From Terriglobales bacterium (GTDB lineage Bacteria > Acidobacteriota > Terriglobia > Terriglobales > Acidobacteriaceae), in NCBI GenBank assembly GCA_024281115.1, contig JAMXLI010000006.1, forward strand, positions 1 through 61,427: DNA of 61,427 nucleotides, in the 5' to 3' direction. Under the pieces are notes generated by a model. It worked only from the letters and a program-made list of their open reading frames with translations. It was not told the DNA's origin and did no database searches. Positions 55,337-61,427 of the stretch are shown here, in pieces; the first letter of the stretch is position 1, and every line of letters begins with the position of its first letter. The position numbers and the translations under genes are program-made.

Positions 55337-56485
55337 ATGACGCGCTTGCAGTTTGTGACAAAGAACGCGCTGCGCAACAAGCGCCGGACACTGCTCACCA
55401 TGGGCAGCATCGGCTTTTCTTTGCTTCTGCTGACCCTCATGATCACGATCTGGCGCAACTTCTATGACACCGAGCCCAGCGAGGCCGCAGCGCAGCGCCT
55501 CATTGTGCGCCACAAGGTGTCGCTGGCTTTCTACCTGCCGGCCTATTACCGCCAGAAGATCCGCGCGATCCCGGGCGTGCGCCACGTGGTGAACTCGAGT
55601 TGGTTCGGCGGCAAGTACAAGGATGACAGGCCGGAAAACTTTTTCGCCCAGTTCGCCACCGATCCGGCCGAGTTCTTCGACGTCTACACCGATTTCAAGA
55701 TTCCGCCGGACCAGCTGCAAGCCTGGCAGAAAGACCGCGCGGGCGCGGTGGTGGATGCGGAACTGGCACAAAAGCACGGCTGGAAGATCGGGGACAAGCT
55801 GAACATTACCGGTGTCATTTTCCCGCTCAACCTGGAGCTGACGATTCGTGGCATGTATACCGCCCCGCAGCCCACGCAAGCGGTCTATTTCAACAACGTG
55901 TACCTGGACGAAGGCTATCCGGATGTGAAGGGGCATGCCGGCTTCTTTGCCGTGCTGGTGAACTCGCCTTCCGACGTGAGCCGGGTTGCCAGCGCGGTGG
56001 ATGACGAGTTCCGCAACGTGGAGCGACCCACCAAGTCGGAGAGCGAGCACGCCTTCCAGTTGGGGTTCCTGGCCATGCTGGGGAATGTGAAGGCCTTCAT
56101 CCTCAGCATCTGCGCGGCGGTGGTGTTCGCCATTTTGCTGGTGTCGGCCAATACGATGGCTATGTCGGTGCGCGAGCGGGTGCGCGAGGTCGCGGTGCTC
56201 AAGACGCTGGGTTTCACCCGGCAGTCCATTCTGGCGCTGTTCGTAAGCGAAGCGGTGACCATCGCTTTCACCGGCGGCGTGCTGGGCGTTCTGGCCGCGG
56301 TAGGGCTGATCAGCGCGGTCAGCAAGTCGCCGTCGCTGGGATTTTTCGGCAACTTTCATGTGACCGCCGCCAGCATCATCATCTCGCTGGTAATCGCGGC
56401 ACTGGTGGGACTGGGCAGCGCGTTTGTGCCGTCGTACCACGCCTCCCGAATGAATATTGTGGAAGGATTGCGGCACGTTGGGTAG
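55337..56485 (+). CDS. ABC transporter permease, MacB/FtsX-like
   Basis: N-terminal TM helix, periplasmic MacB-like core, then a C-terminal FtsX 3-TM bundle (VREVAVLKTLGFT). ATG at 55337 (MTRLQFVTKNALRNKRRT). Confidence 0.85.
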   Translation: MTRLQFVTKNALRNKRRTLLTMGSIGFSLLLLTLMITIWRNFYDTEPSEAAAQRLIVRHKVSLAFYLPAYYRQKIRAIPGVRHVVNSSWFGGKYKDDRPENFFAQFATDPAEFFDVYTDFKIPPDQLQAWQKDRAGAVVDAELAQKHGWKIGDKLNITGVIFPLNLELTIRGMYTAPQPTQAVYFNNVYLDEGYPDVKGHAGFFAVLVNSPSDVSRVASAVDDEFRNVERPTKSESEHAFQLGFLAMLGNVKAFILSICAAVVFAILLVSANTMAMSVRERVREVAVLKTLGFTRQSILALFVSEAVTIAFTGGVLGVLAAVGLISAVSKSPSLGFFGNFHVTAASIIISLVIAALVGLGSAFVPSYHASRMNIVEGLRHVG

Positions 56486-56491
56486 CTAGTG

Positions 56492-57655
56492 ATGGCGATT
56501 CCGATCCGCTACAACATTCGTAACCTGAAGCTGCGCCGGGGCGCAACCATCATGACCGCGCTGGGGATTGCGCTCACGGTGACAACCGCCATCTTCATCA
56601 TGGCCTTGCTCGCCGGGTTGAAGCATGCCTTCACCACCACCGGCGATCCGCTGAACGTGCTGGTGCTGCGCAAAGGGTCGGCGGCGGAGTTGTCCGCCGG
56701 CGGCGTCTCGCGCGAGACGCTGCAGACGCTGCGCAACCTGAATGGAATCGCCAAGGACAGCCAGGGCAATCCGGAGGTATCGGGAGAAATCGTGCTGGTC
56801 ATTGTGCTGCCGCGGCGCGACGGGACGGGCGAGGTGAACGTCACCACCCGCTTCCTGACTCCGACCGGCATCCAGATGCGGCCTGAGATCAAGCTGGCGG
56901 AGGGACGCTGGTTCACGCCGGGGCAGCGCGAGATCGTGGTCAGCAAGCCCATCCACGAGCGCTTCGCGCACGCCAATCTGGGCGACGAGATCCGGATTGG
57001 CAAAGGCCCCTGGAAGGTGGTGGGCGTCTTCGATCCGGCTTCAACCGCACACGGTTCGGAGATCTGGGGCGACATCAACCAGCTGGCCACCGACTTCGAC
57101 CGGACGGTGCTCTCGTCGGTGCTGCTGCGGGCCACCGATCCGCTGGCGGCCGAGGCCTTGAAAAACCGCGTGAACGACGATCAGAGGTTAAAGCTCAGCG
57201 GCATGCTGGAACGCGAGTATTACGCCAACCAGACCAAGTCGGGGGCGCCCATCCAGTTCGTGGGCACGCTGGTGGCCATCATCATGGCGGTAGGTTCGTG
57301 CTTTGCTGCCATGAATACCATGTACGCTGCCGTGGCTTACCGGGCGCGGGAGATCGCGACCTTGCGCATCATCGGCTTCGCCCGCAGCAGCATTCTCACC
57401 TCGTTCGTACTGGAATCCGTCCTGCTCTCGCTGCTGGGGGCGGTGGTCGGGATCGCGCTCATGCTGCCGTTCAACGGCATGACCACCGGCACGCAGAACG
57501 TGGTCACCTTCAGCGAGGCCGTCTTCAGCCTGCGCATGACACCCAGCGTAGTGATTACCGCGGTTTTGTTCGCCGTTTTCATGGGACTGTTCGGCGGTGT
57601 CCCGCCGGCGTGGCACGCCTCGCGCGGCGATATCCTGACAGCGCTGCGCGATTAG
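56492..57655 (+). CDS. ABC transporter permease, MacB/FtsX-like (second)
   Basis: IRYNIRNLKLRRGATIMTALGIAL...REIATLRIIGF. It is a paralogue of the upstream permease. Confidence 0.85.
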   Translation: MAIPIRYNIRNLKLRRGATIMTALGIALTVTTAIFIMALLAGLKHAFTTTGDPLNVLVLRKGSAAELSAGGVSRETLQTLRNLNGIAKDSQGNPEVSGEIVLVIVLPRRDGTGEVNVTTRFLTPTGIQMRPEIKLAEGRWFTPGQREIVVSKPIHERFAHANLGDEIRIGKGPWKVVGVFDPASTAHGSEIWGDINQLATDFDRTVLSSVLLRATDPLAAEALKNRVNDDQRLKLSGMLEREYYANQTKSGAPIQFVGTLVAIIMAVGSCFAAMNTMYAAVAYRAREIATLRIIGFARSSILTSFVLESVLLSLLGAVVGIALMLPFNGMTTGTQNVVTFSEAVFSLRMTPSVVITAVLFAVFMGLFGGVPPAWHASRGDILTALRD

Positions 57656-57686
57656 GAGACGGTTGGTCTGAGCGGAAACTACTCTT

Positions 57687-59054
57687 ATGCCTGTTGATAC
57701 CCGAGACGCGGACCTGCACGGCCTCAGGATTGATCGGTCCGACCGCGGCAGCGCCGGGCCGGAAGGGCCGAGATGGGCGCGGCGCACCATCGTGGCCGGC
57801 ATCGCGCTGGTGCTGCTGCTGGGCCTGGTCGCCCTGGCTTACCGTTTGCTGGCTGCCCGAATCCCCGAAGTGGAGGTGGCGCGGGCCACGGCGGAGAGCG
57901 CCAACCAGCCCGGCACCGTGCTCTCGGCCGGCGGCTACATTGTGGCCCATCATAAGATCAACGTGAATTCCAAGGTCACCGGGCGCGTGGCCTGGATCGG
58001 GGTGGAGAAAGGGGACAAGGTGAAGCAAGGCCAGCCCCTGGTGCGCCTGGAAGACGAAGAGTTCCGAGCCAATGTGAAGCAGGCGGAAGGCGCTGCGGCC
58101 ACGGCGCGTGCCTACCTGCAACAGCTGCAAGCCGGCTCGCGCCCGCAGGAGATTGAGCAAACCCAGCACAACGTCTCGGAAGCGGAAGCCACCCTCGCCA
58201 ACGACCGCATCACGCTGGATCGGACCCGCACGCTGGTGCAGCAAGGTGTGATGTCGCGGTCGCAGCTTGATGACGCCCAGGCGAAGTTTGAGGCCGACCA
58301 GCAGCGGGCCAATTCACTGCGGCAATCCTATGAGCTGGCCAGGCTGGGACCGCGGCGGGAGGAGATCGAGCGCGCGCGTGGCAGCCTGCTGCAAGCCGAG
58401 GGGCAGCTCGCCTATGCGCGGGCGCAACTGGAAGCCACCGTCATCCGCGCGCCGGTGAGCGGCACCATCCTGGAGCGGACGGCGGAAAAAGGCGAGCTGA
58501 TCACCTCGCAGTTTGCCAGCCAGGCCGAGGGCGGACCAGTGGGATCGGTGGTCTCGCTCGCCGACCTCAATGACCTGCAGGTGGAACTGGACATCAGCCA
58601 GGACGACTTTGCCAAGCTCTCGCCCAAGCAGCGCGGAGTGGTGACCACGGATGCCTTTCCCGACCGCAAGTACGATGGGATCATCGCGGAGATCGCGCCC
58701 GAGGCCAACCGCCAGAAAGCCACTGTGCAAGTGAAAGTTCAGATCCTCAATCCTGATTCTTACCTTCGGCCGGAGATGAACGCGACCGTGAAGTTCATTG
58801 CCAGTGAGGCGGCGGCCGCCACTTCCGGGTCCTCAGGGGTATTGGTGCCGGCCTCGGCAGTGCGCGAGCGCGGAGGAAAGAAGGTGGTGCTGGTTGCGTT
58901 CGGGGGAAAAGCGGTAGAGCGCGAAGTGCGCGTTCTGGCGCAGCGCAGCAACGGCACCCTGGTTGACGGGTTGACCGGCGGCGAAGATGTGATCACCGCG
59001 GGCCCCGCCGATTTGAAGGACGGAGAAAAGATCAAGGTGAAGGGACAGTCATGA
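57687..59054 (+). CDS. Efflux periplasmic adaptor (HlyD/MacA-type membrane fusion protein)
   Basis: TM anchor, lipoyl, coiled-coil ([27 protein letters not shown]...) and beta-barrel regions. Confidence 0.88.
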   Translation: MPVDTRDADLHGLRIDRSDRGSAGPEGPRWARRTIVAGIALVLLLGLVALAYRLLAARIPEVEVARATAESANQPGTVLSAGGYIVAHHKINVNSKVTGRVAWIGVEKGDKVKQGQPLVRLEDEEFRANVKQAEGAAATARAYLQQLQAGSRPQEIEQTQHNVSEAEATLANDRITLDRTRTLVQQGVMSRSQLDDAQAKFEADQQRANSLRQSYELARLGPRREEIERARGSLLQAEGQLAYARAQLEATVIRAPVSGTILERTAEKGELITSQFASQAEGGPVGSVVSLADLNDLQVELDISQDDFAKLSPKQRGVVTTDAFPDRKYDGIIAEIAPEANRQKATVQVKVQILNPDSYLRPEMNATVKFIASEAAAATSGSSGVLVPASAVRERGGKKVVLVAFGGKAVEREVRVLAQRSNGTLVDGLTGGEDVITAGPADLKDGEKIKVKGQS

Positions 59055-59752
59055 GCACCCAGGCAGTGACCACCACTAAGCAGGTTGTGCAGGTGCGGAA
59101 CGTCAGCAAAGTATTCCGGCGCGATGCTTTCGAGGTGAAAGCGCTGGAAGACGTTTCCCTCAATATTGCCGAGGGCGAGTTTTTGGCCCTGATGGGCCCC
59201 TCGGGCTCAGGCAAGACGACGCTGCTGAACATGATCGCCGCCATCGACCGTCCCACCAGCGGCGAACTGCTGGTGATGGGTCAGAACATCTTCCAGCTGA
59301 GCGACAAGCAGACGGCGCACTGGCGCAACGAGCACATCGGGTACGTATTCCAGACGTTCAACCTGATTCCGGTGCTGACCGCGTTTGAAAACGTCGAGTT
59401 GCCGCTCCTGCTCAGCAAGCTCACGCAGCAGCAGCGCCGGGACCACGTGATGACGGCGCTGCGGCTGGTGGGACTGGAAGAGCGCGTGAATCATCTCCCG
59501 AAGCAGCTATCCGGAGGCCAGGAGCAGCGGGTCGCAATCGCGCGCGCCATTGTAAGCGATCCCACGCTGGTGCTGGCAGACGAGCCCACCGGCGACCTGG
59601 ACAGCCACTCCGCTACCGAAATCCTCGAGATTCTGAAACGCCTGAACGAGAGCTTTAAAAAAACAGTGGTGATGGTGACGCACGATCCCCACGCGGCGGC
59701 TTACGCGCACACCACCCGCCACCTGGAAAAGGGCATGCTGCTGCCGCAATAG
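59051..59752 (+). CDS. ABC transporter ATP-binding protein (MacB/LolD-type)
   Basis: Walker [10 protein letters not shown], signature LSGGQEQRV, Walker [13 protein letters not shown]. An ATGA overlap joins it to the adaptor gene. Confidence 0.92.
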   Translation: MSTQAVTTTKQVVQVRNVSKVFRRDAFEVKALEDVSLNIAEGEFLALMGPSGSGKTTLLNMIAAIDRPTSGELLVMGQNIFQLSDKQTAHWRNEHIGYVFQTFNLIPVLTAFENVELPLLLSKLTQQQRRDHVMTALRLVGLEERVNHLPKQLSGGQEQRVAIARAIVSDPTLVLADEPTGDLDSHSATEILEILKRLNESFKKTVVMVTHDPHAAAYAHTTRHLEKGMLLPQ

Positions 59753-59808
59753 CGGCCCAGCCGTCCCTGTTCTCGGCCGCGGGCGGCGCGCCGCTCTCTC
59801 GGCAATGA

Positions 59809-60786
59809 TTAAGGGCTAACCCGCACCTTCACGCGCGCCCCCTCGGGCAGCTTGCCGCCACCCACCAGCACGATCACGCCGTTGCTTACCACGCCGTCCA
59901 CTTCGCCGGCCGCACCGGCGCCGCCCAGGCCGGGAGTCGAGGAGGGGAACTGCTTGGCGAATTCCTGCTCGTTCACCGCTTTCGCGAAGCGGTCATCCAG
60001 AGTCTGGCCCCCTTTCGACATGGTTGCGATGATGGAATCGAGCGCGGACACCCGTTCGGGAAGTGGCGGGTGGGTGGAGCCCCAGAGTCCCAGGGCGCGC
60101 TTGTTGTCCGGGACCTCGGAGGCCTTGGCCAGAACCTGCAGGAAATCGCGAAGTCCGGCGGGATCGTAGCCCGCCTTGGCCGAGTATTGCAGCCCGTTGC
60201 GATCGGCTTCCAGTTCCTTATCGCGGCTGTAGCGCAGGGTGAGGGCCCGGGTAACGATTTCGCCGGCCAGATTCACCAGTTCCGCTCCGGCGGGAATGTG
60301 CGAGGCGGCCTCGGTCTTGGCAAATTGCGAACTCTTTTGCGTGCGCACCTCTTTTTCCAGGTGGCGTCCGTCCACGTGGGCAATCTCGTGGCCCAGCACG
60401 CCCGCCAATTGGGCCTCGCTGCTCATGTTAATCAAGGCGCCGCGAGTGACGAACACGTAGCCGCCGGGCATGGACATGGCGGTGACGGCGTCGCTGTCGA
60501 GAATGGCAAAGTGGTAGGTGACGTCGCGCGGCGCCTGCCGCGCCACCGCGTTGCCCACCAGGTTGACGTAACGCACCATGTCGGGATTCTGATACAGGCC
60601 GAAAATGTTGATCAGCTTAGCCGCCGAAGCTTCCCCGATGGTGGACTCCTGCGCCGGCGACCAGACCTGGTAGATGTCGTAGCCCTGCTTGATTTTTTTC
60701 GCCTTGTTGATGAGGCCGCCCAGCTGCGCGTAGGAAGAACCGGCCATGGCCGCCAGCACGAGGAACATTAAAAGAAGTTTGCGCAT
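59809..60786 (-). CDS. M48 family metallopeptidase (secreted)
   Basis: Signal peptide, zincin motif GHEIAHVDGRH and a downstream ELEADRNG. Confidence 0.85.
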   Translation of the reverse strand: MRKLLLMFLVLAAMAGSSYAQLGGLINKAKKIKQGYDIYQVWSPAQESTIGEASAAKLINIFGLYQNPDMVRYVNLVGNAVARQAPRDVTYHFAILDSDAVTAMSMPGGYVFVTRGALINMSSEAQLAGVLGHEIAHVDGRHLEKEVRTQKSSQFAKTEAASHIPAGAELVNLAGEIVTRALTLRYSRDKELEADRNGLQYSAKAGYDPAGLRDFLQVLAKASEVPDNKRALGLWGSTHPPLPERVSALDSIIATMSKGGQTLDDRFAKAVNEQEFAKQFPSSTPGLGGAGAAGEVDGVVSNGVIVLVGGGKLPEGARVKVRVSP

Positions 60787-60797
60787 GATGGTCGCTC

Positions 60798-61241
60798 CTA
60801 TTGTTTGCTCGCCGGGGTGGAAGCCTGCTTGGGCGCGGCTTGCTGGTTGAGCTTGCCTTCCTGGAGAAATGTGGACAGCTCGGAGGAATCCACCCGATAG
60901 CGGGCCACCTCCTCAGCTTTGAGGGTATCGCCCGTGCCTGCCGGCGAATTCAGCGCGGCCTTCTGCACCTGCCCATTGGGATCGAGGCCATTGAAGCCGA
61001 GCGTGGCCGAGTCCTTGGACTGGCGCGACGATTTGAGGTTCAGTGATCCGCCAAACAGCGGCTGCGGCTTGTCGTTGGCGGCTGCCGGTTTGGGCTTGTC
61101 TTTATCCTTGTCCTTGTCGCTTTTCTTCTTGTTCTTATCCTGGCCCTGGGCGGCAGGTGGCTGCTGTTGCTGCTGGACAGCAGCCAGACCGGCCAGGCAG
61201 AGCGTGGCCGCAAACGCGGCCGTGAGCATTGCGAGACGCAT
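60798..61241 (-). CDS. Secreted hypothetical protein with Lys/Asp-rich low-complexity segment
   Basis: Signal peptide MRLAMLTAAFAATLCLAGLAA, then QQQQQPPAAQGQDKNKKKSDKDKDKDKPKP. It lies 11 nt upstream of the M48 gene. Confidence 0.5.
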   Translation of the reverse strand: MRLAMLTAAFAATLCLAGLAAVQQQQQPPAAQGQDKNKKKSDKDKDKDKPKPAAANDKPQPLFGGSLNLKSSRQSKDSATLGFNGLDPNGQVQKAALNSPAGTGDTLKAEEVARYRVDSSELSTFLQEGKLNQQAAPKQASTPASKQ

Positions 61242-61271
61242 CGTTTGTCCTCCGGAAGACGGCATAGTAAC

Positions 61272-61427
61272 TCAGTCGGCGTGCGTGTTGTTAAGCACGG
61301 GAACCGGTTCGGCGGGTGTTTCCGCCGGCTTCAATCCGCGTAATTCGAAAACCGTGGTTTCGGTGGTTTTGCCCTTGACCTTGACCCCGCCCAGCAGACG
61401 CACTTCGGCTTCCTCGCCCAACAGGTC
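61272..61427 (-). CDS. 3' end of a CDS entering from beyond the window; the tail resembles a class III nucleotidyl cyclase C-terminus
   Basis: The reverse-strand translation is ...DLLGEEAEVRLLGGVKVKGKTTETTVFELRGLKP...HAD*. The VKGK-x5-V-x-EL pattern is typical of cyclase domain ends. Only 51 codons are visible. Confidence 0.35.
   Translation of the reverse strand, partial: DLLGEEAEVRLLGGVKVKGKTTETTVFELRGLKPAETPAEPVPVLNNTHAD

Overview
High-GC bacterial chromosome segment. GC looks about two-thirds up to ~39 kb and visibly lower from ~40 to 52 kb; this was judged by eye, not computed. Gene content suggests Acidobacteriota: two ~1050-aa CarboxypepD_reg-type TonB-dependent receptors, a FecR/CHASE2 pair and many secreted hypotheticals. 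This taxonomic call is inference.

Gene order along the window:
- ilvD-ilvB-ilvN-ilvC operon (minus strand).
- fucU-fucP-fkp fucose salvage operon, then a GntR regulator and a TonB-dependent receptor.
- A frameshifted LLM oxidoreductase.
- A pair of membrane proteins built from three copies of one ~165-aa module.
- BON protein and ECF sigma factor.
- FecR plus CHASE2 adenylate cyclase operon.
- PPOX-family protein and maeB.
- Two convergent paralogous small ORFs.
- Two Cys-motif Crp/Fnr paralogues, an 11-haem c/b fusion cytochrome, a NapC-like heptahaem cytochrome and a frameshifted AhbD/NirJ-like radical SAM gene.
- Housekeeping genes: M16 peptidase, rlmN, DJ-1/PfpI, Zn-ADH, aminotransferase.
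- A lower-GC accessory stretch: MEDS protein, pseudo-receiver, tRNA-Val plus a tRNA 5' fragment, second TonB-dependent receptor, unknown membrane and secreted proteins, a GH-A hydrolase and a GT87-like protein.
- A MacAB-like ABC efflux set, an M48 peptidase and the 3' end of a cyclase gene.

Best novelty candidates:
1. The Crp/Fnr-gated multihaem module, with three GTGA-N6-TCAC palindromes.
2. The triplicated His-motif membrane module.
3. The convergent MRNxYExL small-ORF pair with a 42-nt tandem repeat.

No CRISPR array, IS element, integrase or rRNA was seen. All homology calls come from reading motifs in the translations; no database search was run.
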